A stretch of DNA of 47,277 bases from a virus (IMGVR_UViG_3300048837_000371:1-47277), one strand, 5' to 3'. Counted from the first letter of the stretch, positions 1 through 8,584 are shown. Notes: generated by a model not told the origin, from the sequence alone. A program made the numbers and translations.

Positions 1-127
1 TCCCGGCCTGCCGTTCGATGGCCGCTTCGAGCGCGTCAGCGGCGCCGCGATACGCGAGCGCGGCTTGCTCCGCCTCGAGCACTCCAATGCCGCTGCCGCC
101 CATCTCGGCCTGCTTGAACAGCTTGGA
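1..127. repeat. Terminal overlap: bases 1-127 are identical to 47151-47277 (circular closure / assembler k-mer overlap); unique genome length 47150 bp
   Basis: Direct comparison of the first and last lines of the window: tcccggcctgccgttcgatgg...cttgaacagcttgga is present at both ends, 127/127 identical. Confidence 0.95.
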
Positions 128-1225
128 GGCGTCCTGCCGATACGAGCGGATCGCGTCGAGCGCCTGCTGCGTCGGGACGGACTCCATGTTCAAGAGTCGG
201 TCGCGCACCTGCTCGACAGCCGTCGTGGTGCGCAAGAGCGGGTTGTCGCGACGCGCGGCGCCGAGCACGTTGGCCGCCTGCATCAACTCAGGGTCGCTGC
301 GCAGCACCGGGAGGGACTGCGCAACTTCGTTGAACACCATGTTGTGCGGGTTCTTCGCGAACTGCAGCCCCATCGGAGTCAGTTCGGTCAGCCCGAGTTC
401 GCGTGCCGCGAAGGCGTTGGTGCGCTTCTGGTTGTCGATAATCGCGCGCACATGGAAGTCCGGGCCGGTGAACGCCTCGCGCAGCGTGCCAGGCACGGAG
501 GGGCCGAAGTCGCCGATCGGTGCGTTCGCCTGCGCTTTGGCGGCCACTTGGCTCGGCGTCACGCGATAGTCCAATCGGCGGGCCTGCTCCACCTCCGGGC
601 CGAAAGGACGAGGAACGCCGCCCGGGTCAGGGATGTCGGGGCGAAGCGCACGCGTGCCGAGACGGATGCCCCTTCCAGCGCCCGCCAGTCCGGCCGCGTC
701 CGCGACCGTGCCGAGCAATTCCATGCCGAACTGCACCGCCTCTGGCGGCAGCCCGGTTGCGCCGAGCGCGTCGCCTGCGGGCTTGAACACCGCGCCGGCC
801 GTGTCCTGAATCGCCTTTCCAGTCGGCGTCACGGGTTCGCGTGTCAGCCACGTCGGATCCGTCTTGCCGCCGCGAGCGCCGGTGAACGCCATTCGCGCGA
901 GGCGCGGCACAGCCGTCACAGTGTCGGAGGCGGCCGACGCCGCGAAATCCGCAACGCCCGCGGCCGCATCCACCAGCGGGATGCCCGTCGGGCCGCCGAC
1001 GGGTTGCGTCGCGGCGTCCTTGACGCCCTGCCCCCACTCGGCGAGGTAACGCCCTCCCTCGGCGAGGTAGCGCCCGCCGCGCTCGAGCAAGCCGGGTTGG
1101 TTGCCGGGCTGCGCCGAGACACGAGCCTCTTGCTCTTTCGTCTCGATGATGGCCGAAACCTCGTCGTCCGAGGCGTCGTCCGGCACGGCGATTGTCATGT
1201 CGTTGTACTTGACCTGACGAGCCAT
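1..1225 (-). CDS. Large internal virion/ejection protein, N-terminal part (gene wraps through the circular junction into 45109..47150; about 1088 aa in total)
   Basis: ATG at 1225-1223 overlaps the TAA of the upstream gene (TAATG). The minus-strand frame is open to base 1 (MARQVKYNDMTIAVPDD...KLFKQAEMGGSGIGVLEAEQ) and reads through the duplicated end into the 714-aa ORF 45109..47253. It is absent from the ORF track only because it runs off the window edge. Its size and position (last of the core-protein block, just before the tail fibre) match T7 gp16-type proteins. No lytic transglycosylase motif seen. Confidence 0.7.
   Translation of the reverse strand, partial: MARQVKYNDMTIAVPDDASDDEVSAIIETKEQEARVSAQPGNQPGLLERGGRYLAEGGRYLAEWGQGVKDAATQPVGGPTGIPLVDAAAGVADFAASAASDTVTAVPRLARMAFTGARGGKTDPTWLTREPVTPTGKAIQDTAGAVFKPAGDALGATGLPPEAVQFGMELLGTVADAAGLAGAGRGIRLGTRALRPDIPDPGGVPRPFGPEVEQARRLDYRVTPSQVAAKAQANAPIGDFGPSVPGTLREAFTGPDFHVRAIIDNQKRTNAFAARELGLTELTPMGLQFAKNPHNMVFNEVAQSLPVLRSDPELMQAANVLGAARRDNPLLRTTTAVEQVRDRLLNMESVPTQQALDAIRSYRQDASKLFKQAEMGGSGIGVLEAEQAALAYRGAADALEAAIERQAG
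1037..1078 (-). repeat. In-frame 21-bp tandem duplication (2 copies, 19/21 identical)
   Basis: ctcggcgaggtaacgccctcc followed directly by ctcggcgaggtagcgcccgcc; encodes GGRYLAE-GGRYLAE in the large ejection protein. Confidence 0.85.
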
Positions 1226-2547
1226 TACTGGACCCTCCGCAGCTTGCCGTCAGGGCCGCGTTCCCACACCTCGTCGGCGACGGGCGCCGGAGGAGCGGCC
1301 GCAGGCGGCGGGGCGCCGATGCCGGCCCCAGCGCCTTCCCGCTGTAGGCGTTGCTCCGTCGCCTCGCGCAGCGAGCGCGCCTTGCCGAACTGCAGGGCGA
1401 TCACGTCCTCCACTTCGAATGGGATGGACGCATCGAGGCGGTCCATCAACTCGCGGATGGCCTTCTTCTGCTCCATCGGGACGCGCGGGTTGGAGATGTG
1501 CGGGGCGAGGCCCGCTTCCACGGTCTGCTTCATTTGCGCCATCTTGTACATCGCCATCTCGAGCGACTCGCCCGGGCGCAGCAGCAACGTGTCGTAGCTC
1601 TCGGCGATCGTGTTGGAGCCCACGAGGCCCTGCCCTTCGATGAAGCTCAGCGCGCGGTTCATGCCACCCAGCGAGGCGTTGTACGCCTGCGTCTCCGGCT
1701 CGGAGAGCTGGTACTTGAGCGCACCGGACAGCGCGGCCGGGCTCGGCGTGCCGTGCTGCGCAGCCGGGCCGACACCGAGGACGCCGATGCTGGTGCCGAA
1801 GGGCATCTGCATCAGGTTCGACAGGTCGCGCTCCATCGCTACGGCGGAGCCGTACACGCGGTTGAAGAACGCCGACTCGCGAGCGCCCATGACGGGCTGG
1901 CGCGCGTCGAGGTACGGATAGTTGCCCTCCCCGATAGGCTGCGACGAGTCGTAGTCGGGGTTGAGGATGTACCCTCTCGGCGGCTCGCCAGGCGCTCCGG
2001 GCGCTCCGCCCGCTGCCGGCGCACGAGCGCGCTGGTCGGCGAGCGCGTTGGCCGCCGCAGTCTGCGCCACGTTCTCGTCTATCAGCGACTCGCCGAGCGC
2101 CGTCGTGTTGAGCCCGGCGTCCGGGTTGCGAAGATCGGCGAACTCCGCCTGCCCCACCATGTCGAACGGGTTGAGCACCTTGCCCTGCACGCCTTGCGCG
2201 GCAAGGAAGCGGTCGGTGCCGCTGGCCTCTGGATTTGCGAGCGTACCGCGGAAGCCATGCTCCTGACCCTTCAACCGGCCGCTCATCACCTGATCGTAGT
2301 TCCCGTAGCCCGCCCCCATGATGTCCGCGAGAGGCACCTTATCGATGCCTTGCTCCGCCTCCGTGCGGCGCACGCGCTCCTCGGTAGCGGCCCGCGTCTC
2401 CGCGGCGATGTTTCGGAGTTGCCGCTCCTGCGCTTGGAGAATCGCGTTCTCGGTCTGCGCCGTGCGCAAGCGGCCTTGCTCGAAGGCGCCCGCGCGGTCA
2501 ATACCGCCGCCGAGCACGCCGCCGACTGCTTCCCATCCGCTTGCCAT
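1225..2547 (-). CDS. Internal virion/ejection protein (T7 gp15 position)
   Basis: 440-aa ORF. GAGGT RBS about 9 nt upstream of ATG 2547. Gly-rich N-terminus, Q/E/R-rich helical stretch, Ala/Pro-rich tail. Function is inferred only from its place between the nozzle and tail fibre genes. Confidence 0.6.
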   Translation of the reverse strand: MASGWEAVGGVLGGGIDRAGAFEQGRLRTAQTENAILQAQERQLRNIAAETRAATEERVRRTEAEQGIDKVPLADIMGAGYGNYDQVMSGRLKGQEHGFRGTLANPEASGTDRFLAAQGVQGKVLNPFDMVGQAEFADLRNPDAGLNTTALGESLIDENVAQTAAANALADQRARAPAAGGAPGAPGEPPRGYILNPDYDSSQPIGEGNYPYLDARQPVMGARESAFFNRVYGSAVAMERDLSNLMQMPFGTSIGVLGVGPAAQHGTPSPAALSGALKYQLSEPETQAYNASLGGMNRALSFIEGQGLVGSNTIAESYDTLLLRPGESLEMAMYKMAQMKQTVEAGLAPHISNPRVPMEQKKAIRELMDRLDASIPFEVEDVIALQFGKARSLREATEQRLQREGAGAGIGAPPPAAAPPAPVADEVWERGPDGKLRRVQ

Positions 2548-2558
2548 GTTCGTTTACC

Positions 2559-3248
2559 TCACGCCAGCAAGGCGCCGCTGAAAGCCGGGTTCGCTGTGGT
2601 GGCCGGTACGGCTCCGCCGCCCGCGCCGAGCCCGCCAGCCGAGCCCGCGCTTGCGCCGCCGGCCGCGCCCGCCGCTCCGCCAACGCCATAGGCCATGCCC
2701 GCAGCGCGCAGGGCGATGCCGAGCGCCTTGAGCCACGGGTCCTCAGTGATCGAGCTGGCCTTGAGCTGGGTCACATAGTCGTCGCCTCGGGCCTTGCGGC
2801 CGATGAGTCCGACATCCGCGCCGGTGCGGCCACCGGAAATGCTCTCGCCGGTGCGCTGCCGGATCGGCGCTGCGATGCGCGAGGCGGTGTCCGCCCGGCG
2901 CATACCGAAGTTCTGGATGCCCGCCTTCGCGCCGGCCGAATCCGTCTGGTAGCGGCTGCTCGCGGTCGGCACGTCGCCGGTCCCGCCGGCCGGGCCACGC
3001 GCACGCTTGAGCTGCGCCATGAACTGCTCCATTGACGCCTTGCGCTCGTCGTCCGGGTTCGACGCGGCTCGCGCGTCGAGTTCCTGATTGACTCGCGCAT
3101 CGGCTTCGCTCTGGCGCTGTCGCTGGCGCTTGATGCCACCAGCAAGCACACGGTCGCGCTCGCTGGCCGCTTTCTGGCCGGCGTAGTAGTCGACGCCCGT
3201 GCCTGCAGCGGCGAGGGCAACCGGGATCCAAAATGCTTCCGTACCCAT
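2559..3248 (-). CDS. Internal virion protein with N-terminal hydrophobic helix
   Basis: 229 aa. GAGGTAGGA RBS before ATG 3248. N-terminal FWIPVALAAAGTGV helix, Gly/Ala-rich C-terminus. Synteny with podovirus core-protein genes. Confidence 0.6.
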   Translation of the reverse strand: MGTEAFWIPVALAAAGTGVDYYAGQKAASERDRVLAGGIKRQRQRQSEADARVNQELDARAASNPDDERKASMEQFMAQLKRARGPAGGTGDVPTASSRYQTDSAGAKAGIQNFGMRRADTASRIAAPIRQRTGESISGGRTGADVGLIGRKARGDDYVTQLKASSITEDPWLKALGIALRAAGMAYGVGGAAGAAGGASAGSAGGLGAGGGAVPATTANPAFSGALLA

Positions 3249-3256
3249 GTCCTACC

Positions 3257-3856
3257 TCACGAGAACGCCGTGCGGCGACCGTAGATGCTGTCGAAGACGG
3301 CCTTCTCTCCGCGGCGGCGCTCGGCGCCTTCTTCCTGCCGCTTGTAGATGGTGGCCGTGTTGCCGAACACGTCGCCGAGCGAGTCGGTGAGCGCCCCGGA
3401 GCGCGTGCGCTCGAGGTTTGTGCGCAGTGCAGACTGCGCCCGGGACCCGGCGGTAGCCGCGTCCATGCCGGACTGCACGAGCTGCAGGAGCGCCAACCGG
3501 CTCTCCTCGTCCTGCGCCATCAGGTCAGCACCGGCGCCCTGCGCGCGGTTCTCGGCGTCCACGAGCCCGGCCATGTAGTCCTCGCCAAGCGTGCGGTTGG
3601 CGTCCACCGCGGCGCTGCCGCCGGTGAGACCGTTGCGGGCTAGAGCGAAGCGGAGGCGGCGATCGGCAACCATCTTCTGTCGGTCGAGCTGGTCGCCGTA
3701 CTGTGCGCGCAGTGCCGTCACGAAATCGTCGCGCTGGCCCGCTCGCGCCGGGGCGTCGTAGACAGCGTTGACCCTGCCGGTGCCGAGGTCGATCGCCGCC
3801 TGCCGCTCCTGCTCCTGGCGCTTGGCCTGCTTTACCGCCCGGTTTGAACTACCCAT
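3257..3856 (-). CDS. Internal virion protein (T7 gp14 position)
   Basis: 199 aa, charged and helical (KQAKRQEQERQAAIDLG...). GAGG RBS. 8-nt overlap with the upstream gene. Synteny inference only. Confidence 0.55.
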   Translation of the reverse strand: MGSSNRAVKQAKRQEQERQAAIDLGTGRVNAVYDAPARAGQRDDFVTALRAQYGDQLDRQKMVADRRLRFALARNGLTGGSAAVDANRTLGEDYMAGLVDAENRAQGAGADLMAQDEESRLALLQLVQSGMDAATAGSRAQSALRTNLERTRSGALTDSLGDVFGNTATIYKRQEEGAERRRGEKAVFDSIYGRRTAFS

Positions 3857-4334
3857 TGGAGGACCTCAGTCGCGCAAACATGAGCGCATCTTCGCCGTTG
3901 ACGCCGTACTCGCGAAGCGTGCCCTCCAACCGCAGCCCGAGTGGACGGTACCATTCGTGCGCGCGGCTTCTGCTCGCAAGCGAGACGCATTGTAGCCGAT
4001 GAGCCTGCGAGTTCAACATACCGTCCATAACACGGCGGCAGACCTTTGTCACGCTGCGCCAGTAGGCCGGGCCCCACGCCTCCGGGGTCGAGAATAGCCA
4101 GTCCTGCCACACTCCGGGGCGGATCATGTCGAATCCGCCAACCACAAGGGGGCCGGATTCGCCAACCACTACCCACTTCGGGCAGTCGCGCAGGTAATAC
4201 GCGGCGGCCACGAGGGCAGGGTCGAACTCCTCTCCGGCGAAGGCGCGGTACTGTTCGCGCTCGTCCTCGCACAGCGCATGGCAGACCATGTAGAAGTCGG
4301 CAAGCTGCGGGGTGCTGTACACCCGCACCGTCAC
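3849..4334 (-). CDS. GNAT-fold protein in the T7 gp13 position
   Basis: GTG at 4334 overlaps the TGA of the nozzle gene (GTGA). The ORF-track start at 4385 would overlap by 55 nt. The C-terminal AHRLQCVSLASRSRAHEWYRPLGLRLEGTLREYGVNGEDALMFAR looks like the GNAT acyl-CoA-binding region (N..A...Y...GF..EG). Confidence 0.5.
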   Translation of the reverse strand: MTVRVYSTPQLADFYMVCHALCEDEREQYRAFAGEEFDPALVAAAYYLRDCPKWVVVGESGPLVVGGFDMIRPGVWQDWLFSTPEAWGPAYWRSVTKVCRRVMDGMLNSQAHRLQCVSLASRSRAHEWYRPLGLRLEGTLREYGVNGEDALMFARLRSSNG

Positions 4335-6175
4335 GTGCCGGCCCCCATGTCCTGCACGTAGAGCACTGACGCGAACCACTCCCACGCCTGATTCGGCTCG
4401 AACGTGAGCCTGAAGTCGAACGAAGGGCCCGCGACCGGGAATGGCACCAGCTTGCCGGGCAGACTATCGGCGTCCATCGCGTAGTCGGCCGTGCGCGCCG
4501 CCACGTTGCGTTGGTCGTAGCCGATGCTGACGGAGACACCCTCCGGCGCATCGGCCACGAGGTCGAACCCGACGAACTGCTTTTCGGTGCCGAGCGAGCC
4601 GAGGTCCATGTGCGGCCAGTGTGCGACGCCATAGAACTCGACGCCGTACCCGAGGTAGTAGTCGTCGACCAGGAACTCCTCGGAGACGCGCCAGACCTTG
4701 TGCGTCGCCGTGCGCACGTACAGATCGTTGTCGAGCAACGTCGTGTCCGTGATCGCTTCGGGGAACACGTATCGGCTCCACTTCCCCTTCTTCCCCTCGT
4801 TCGTCGTGAGCACGAACACTTCGGGGCCGAAAATGCACCAATACTGGCCGTAGGCCGGGATGAACGTCGAGATCGGCTCGTACTCCCGAGCGCGCATCTT
4901 CGGCGTCACCAGCGGGTCGATCGGCTCGCCGGTGGAGCCCGCTTGCAGGTTGGTGCTGGCGCCCGCGATGCTGATGTTGCGGATGCCGACCGAGTTGGGG
5001 AACACAAGGTCGTTCACGAGCGGCTGCACACCGCGCGCTTCGGTGCTGCCGACAGGCGCGGCGTCGAGCAACGCCATGTTCTGCGGGTCCTGATCCACCT
5101 GCCACATCTGGTAGCCGGCAGAGTTGAACGCCACGAGGTTGCTGCGGTACAGGCCCATCGCGCTGACCGGGTTCGCGCCGTGCGTCTGCAGGCCGAACGG
5201 GAGGTACCCGGCGTCGTCCGGCGTCGACCAGTCGAGCGGGTTGTTCGTGGCGCTGTACGGGATGATGTCGTTGTCGCCAGCGAAAATCTTGCTCGCGGCG
5301 ATGGCAACCACCTTGCTGTTCGGGCAGCGCGCGTCCTTCACGCGGCGCGAAGCCGCTGTCCACACGATCGACCCGTCTACCACGGATCCGCCGACTTCGG
5401 TCGGCCACGTCGGCTCGGCAGCGCCAGACTTGAGTAGCGGCACCGCTTCCCACGTCACGCTCGAGCCATACTGCGTCGCCCACGTCACCGTGCCGTCAAC
5501 GACAGTCGAGTCCGCGGTCTGCGGCCACTCGGGCTCGGTGGAGGCGCTCACGCCATCGCCTTCCTGCACGGCGGTGTAGATGAACGTCGAGTACGCCGGG
5601 CGGTACGAGTAGTCCCACGTGAACTTGTCGACCGAGACGCGCTTGTTCTCGGTCTGGAAGCCGCTCGCGCCGATGCGCACGTAGGCTGTGCCAGCGGGCG
5701 CCGTGGCCGTCACGGTCGAAATCTTCCACGCGCCGTCGGAGCCCTTCTTGACCAGATTGCCGTCATCGACGCGCAGGCTGACCATGCTCGAGTCGAGCCA
5801 CTCGAGCTGCACCATCGCGCCGGCATTGCCCGCGGAGGCACCGCCCTGCTGGACCATGCACGAGGCCGTGATCGTCTGGTTCGGCAACGCCGCGAACGGG
5901 ACCGTAGCGTAGATACGCTTGTACACCGGGTCCGCGAGCCCGATACCTGTCTTGCGCAGCCGCGCCGAGTACGCCCCCTCGAACGCGCTGTCGTGCGTTT
6001 CAATGGCCCACGTCTGGTAGCCCGGGTCGGCGGTTTCCTTCGTCCAGTCCTGATCGCCGTCCTCGAACCCACTGTTTGCGGGGGCGGCGACGACGATCGG
6101 CGGCACCGTGGCGCGGATCACCTGCGCCCCGGGGCTGTACGTGGTCAGCGGTTGCCAAGCGGGTACGTTGGTCAT
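4331..6175 (-). CDS. Tail nozzle (tail tubular protein B-like), C-terminal ORF with carbohydrate-binding-like insert
   Basis: 614 aa; ATGA overlap with the upstream ORF at 6172-6175. The N-terminal third has a CBM4/9-like module (NSGFEDGDQDW...YVRIGASG...VSVDKFTW) and EP(T/E)WP..G..V.DG.V.W repeats. The C-terminal ~330 aa (KIFAGDNDIIPYSATNNPLDWSTPDDAGYLPFG...YQMWQVD) resemble the propeller body of T7 gp12-type nozzles. Confidence 0.6.
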   Translation of the reverse strand: MTNVPAWQPLTTYSPGAQVIRATVPPIVVAAPANSGFEDGDQDWTKETADPGYQTWAIETHDSAFEGAYSARLRKTGIGLADPVYKRIYATVPFAALPNQTITASCMVQQGGASAGNAGAMVQLEWLDSSMVSLRVDDGNLVKKGSDGAWKISTVTATAPAGTAYVRIGASGFQTENKRVSVDKFTWDYSYRPAYSTFIYTAVQEGDGVSASTEPEWPQTADSTVVDGTVTWATQYGSSVTWEAVPLLKSGAAEPTWPTEVGGSVVDGSIVWTAASRRVKDARCPNSKVVAIAASKIFAGDNDIIPYSATNNPLDWSTPDDAGYLPFGLQTHGANPVSAMGLYRSNLVAFNSAGYQMWQVDQDPQNMALLDAAPVGSTEARGVQPLVNDLVFPNSVGIRNISIAGASTNLQAGSTGEPIDPLVTPKMRAREYEPISTFIPAYGQYWCIFGPEVFVLTTNEGKKGKWSRYVFPEAITDTTLLDNDLYVRTATHKVWRVSEEFLVDDYYLGYGVEFYGVAHWPHMDLGSLGTEKQFVGFDLVADAPEGVSVSIGYDQRNVAARTADYAMDADSLPGKLVPFPVAGPSFDFRLTFEPNQAWEWFASVLYVQDMGAGT

Positions 6176-7062
6176 GGCTCGTTGTAGTTCACAGGGTTGC
6201 CGTCGCTGATGTTGCGCACGGCGGAGTAGTCATAGCGGTCAACGATCTCCGTCGTCGGCGAACTGGTCGGCGAACTGGTCGGCGGCGCGCTGCCGGCAGG
6301 CGGCGGAGGCGTGCTGTCGACCACGATCTCCTCGGATACACCAGTGTCGGTGCGCTCTGTGACGGTGCCGCCCTCGAAGGTCGGCCACGTCGGCTCCGTG
6401 GTGCCAGAGCGCGGGTTCGGGCCCTGCGTCTCGATGCACACGTAGTAGAAGCCGTTGTAAGTCGTCGGCTCGACAACGCTCTGATCGTAGGCGTCGCCGA
6501 TTCCGTCGTAGCGCGCTTCGTCCGGTTGCCACGGCGGGTACGGGTCGCCGAAGCGCGACGCCTGATACACGAGGCCGTTCGCTGTCGTGGGCTCCACGAG
6601 GTCGCCGGGGCTGTAAATCGTCTCGGCTTCCCACGTGTCGCCGGGCTGCAGCCAATAGTGGTATACCGCGCCGTCCTCGAACTCGGCAACCACGTAGAGG
6701 CCGCCGAGGAACGGCTCGGAGAAATGGATCGTCTCGAGCGGCACGCCTTCGTATGTCGAGTAGCCGATTGCGTAGCTGTACTCGTCCGGCGGGTCCGGGT
6801 GCACGAGGATGTTGAGCGTGTAGCCCGTCGGCACGACGACCGACTTGTGGCAGAACACGTGCAGCGAACCATTGAACGAGCACAGTCCGCGAGTGGCCGG
6901 GTCCAGTGTTGCAACGCGCTCAGTACCGGGGCGCACCTTGAGCGTACCGCTCTCGGTGACGTAGGCGTTCAACAGGTCGTAGAGCTGATCGTTCCGTGCT
7001 CCGCCCTTCGTGCGAAGCCGGTTGATGCCGCCGTTGACCGTTGTGAGGACGACGGGGCGCAT
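6172..7062 (-). CDS. Tail nozzle, N-terminal ORF
   Basis: 296 aa. MRPVVLTTVNGGINRLRTKGGARNDQLYDLLNAYVTESGTLKVRPG resembles the N-terminus of T7 gp12-type nozzle proteins. It is followed by W....Y.PGD.V...NG..Y (CBM5/12-like) repeats and a Ser/Thr/Pro linker. Confidence 0.55.
   Translation of the reverse strand: MRPVVLTTVNGGINRLRTKGGARNDQLYDLLNAYVTESGTLKVRPGTERVATLDPATRGLCSFNGSLHVFCHKSVVVPTGYTLNILVHPDPPDEYSYAIGYSTYEGVPLETIHFSEPFLGGLYVVAEFEDGAVYHYWLQPGDTWEAETIYSPGDLVEPTTANGLVYQASRFGDPYPPWQPDEARYDGIGDAYDQSVVEPTTYNGFYYVCIETQGPNPRSGTTEPTWPTFEGGTVTERTDTGVSEEIVVDSTPPPPAGSAPPTSSPTSSPTTEIVDRYDYSAVRNISDGNPVNYNEP
6254..6284 (-). repeat. Perfect 12-bp tandem repeat, 2.6 copies (gtcggcgaactg), in frame
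   Basis: gtcggcgaactg gtcggcgaactg gtcggcg read directly; encodes the PTSSPTSSPT part of the Ser/Thr/Pro linker of the 296-aa nozzle ORF. Confidence 0.9.
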
Positions 7063-7065
7063 GGG

Positions 7066-7782
7066 TTAGCTCACCGGCAGGAATACGGGCTTGGAGGCCG
7101 GCACTTCGGGATCCATCCCCGGCACGTAGCGCTTGGCGCCGTGCGAGTCCGCAATGATCTCCCGCAGGTACGTGTTCGCCTGCGCGGCCACGTCCGGGGC
7201 GTCCGCCTGCCGGTAGTGATTCTTCGCGTTCGCGAGCGCCCACAGGAACAGCAACTCGCTGTCGATCGTCGCGGTGTCAGTGTCCTCAGTGAAGCGCTCG
7301 AGGCCGAAGTGCCCCTTCACGCGCAGCGTGTAGGCCGCCATCGGGGCGGGGAACACTTCGATGCACTGGCGCAGCTCGAAGCGCGCCGGGAGTCCGTTGA
7401 AGTCGACCGAGGTGTAGAACTCCGGTGGGATGCCCTGCGTCAGCGGGAGCCACGTGCCGTTCAAGTCCTCGACCCACGCGCCGGTGATCTTCCCGGCGTC
7501 GAGTTTGCGCGGGCAGTCGTCGATGTTGTCGCGGATGCCGTAGAAGCGCTCCCCCACCGCCATCGTCCAGCGGTAGAAGCGCTCGGTCTGCAGCGCACGG
7601 TAGCGGCGGTACAGGAACGCCTGCCCGCGCTGCAAGAAGCTGTTGAGCAACTCGGCCATGCCCGGCGGCGGGTTATCCGCCTGCGCTGCGTACCCCAAGC
7701 GAACGAGGACGTCACGGCGCAAGTCGCCGAGCGTCTCGGCACCGTAGAACCCCTCGTCACACTCGCAGTTGAAGTTCGGCAT
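7066..7782 (-). CDS. Head-to-tail adaptor candidate (T7 gp11 position)
   Basis: 238 aa. GGGGGAGGAG RBS before ATG 7782. Lies directly downstream of a terminator and directly upstream of the nozzle ORFs. Assignment is by gene order and size only. Confidence 0.45.
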   Translation of the reverse strand: MPNFNCECDEGFYGAETLGDLRRDVLVRLGYAAQADNPPPGMAELLNSFLQRGQAFLYRRYRALQTERFYRWTMAVGERFYGIRDNIDDCPRKLDAGKITGAWVEDLNGTWLPLTQGIPPEFYTSVDFNGLPARFELRQCIEVFPAPMAAYTLRVKGHFGLERFTEDTDTATIDSELLFLWALANAKNHYRQADAPDVAAQANTYLREIIADSHGAKRYVPGMDPEVPASKPVFLPVS

Positions 7783-7802
7783 GGCGCTCTCCTCCCCCTA
7801 TC

Positions 7803-7838
7803 GTAAAAGAGGGCGGGCCAGTTTCCTAGCCCGCCCCC
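7803..7838 (-). terminator. Rho-independent terminator after the capsid gene block
   Basis: On the minus strand: GGGCGGGC-taggaaactg-GCCCGCCC followed by TCTTTTAC (8-bp GC stem 7811-7818/7829-7836). A second 8-bp hairpin cccgcacg/cgtgcggg lies just upstream at 7845-7872. The location (after coat and small head proteins) parallels the T7 terminator after gene 10. Confidence 0.7.
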
Positions 7839-7880
7839 GGCAGGCCCGCACGCCAGGAGGGTAACGTGCGGGTTCCACTC

Positions 7881-8294
7881 TCACTCGTCGATCGACGAAA
7901 CGCCGTCGCCGTCATCCGGGTCGAGATCGAGCCCAGCGAGCGGGTCGGCGTCCTCCGACGGGGCGGCGGGCGCGGGCTTAGCGGCAGCCGGCACCGAACT
8001 GCGTGTCGCCTTTGCGATTTCGGCCTGCAGTGCCGTCACGCCTCGCGCGCCGACACCGTATACCATCGCGACGTACTCCTGCCCGTTCTCCTCGTCCTTC
8101 CCGTACTTGTTCGCCAAGCGCTCGTACTCCGCCGCGGCCTCCGGCAGTTCCCGTCTCACGGGCGTCACACCCACGACAGATGTGATGTCCCCGCCGTGAA
8201 CGGCCGCCAGCACGGCGACTTCCCAAGGCGGCACCGTCACATTGGCGGTGGTGGTTTCCGAGCGCGCAATCTGGACCTGTGAATAGTCGAACAT
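7881..8294 (-). CDS. Small structural-module protein with acidic Pro/Ala-rich tail
   Basis: 137 aa. Strong AGGAGG RBS before ATG 8294. C-terminus VPAAAKPAPAAPSEDADPLAGLDLDPDDGDGVSSIDE. No recognisable family. Confidence 0.7.
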   Translation of the reverse strand: MFDYSQVQIARSETTTANVTVPPWEVAVLAAVHGGDITSVVGVTPVRRELPEAAAEYERLANKYGKDEENGQEYVAMVYGVGARGVTALQAEIAKATRSSVPAAAKPAPAAPSEDADPLAGLDLDPDDGDGVSSIDE

Positions 8295-8317
8295 GGAACA
8301 ACCCTCCTGTGGGTAGG

Positions 8318-8584
8318 TTAGTTGCCGAGCAACCAGACCGGATCGCCAGCGGCGCTGGTCCGGATGTACTGGTAGGTCGGGGTCACTTCCTGACAGCTAC
8401 CGGCGGCGCCGGCGGCGGCCAAGGTTGCGAGCGTCACGGGGCTCGTGAACGCTTCATCGACCGAGCCCTGAAGCACGCGCTGCTCCGCCGAGGTGTTGAT
8501 CGCAACGACCGTGTAGTTCGGCAGGAACGGGGCGTTCTTCGTCGCGAGGTCGATCGCGGTGTTGTTGACTTCGAGAACCTTCAT
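8318..8584 (-). CDS. Small head-module protein (possible decoration protein)
   Basis: 88 aa. GGAGAT RBS. Immediately follows the coat gene. No recognisable motif. Confidence 0.65.
   Translation of the reverse strand: MKVLEVNNTAIDLATKNAPFLPNYTVVAINTSAEQRVLQGSVDEAFTSPVTLATLAAAGAAGSCQEVTPTYQYIRTSAAGDPVWLLGN

Noticed and set aside
65-1597. Long ORFs antisense to the genes called here. On the plus strand: 65..1597, 1351..2691, 6076..7806, 8279..9796, 13412..14662, 14238..15338, 14930..15967, 16001..16951, 37474..38295, 40474..41373 and 44368..46869. On the minus strand: 21536..22246, 26780..27982, 28466..29680, 29683..30681 and 33363..34205.
   Set aside because: Their products are Arg/Ala/Gly/His-rich with no motifs. 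They lie exactly opposite ORFs that do have clear motifs, RBSs and start/stop coupling. Such shadow ORFs are expected in GC-rich DNA because stop codons are rare on the antisense strand.
6165-6185. Programmed frameshift or read-through joining the 296-aa and 614-aa nozzle ORFs.
   Set aside because: The junction reads aacgagccATGAccaac on the coding strand. There is no slippery heptamer and no obvious downstream structure. Simple termination-reinitiation coupling is the conservative reading.
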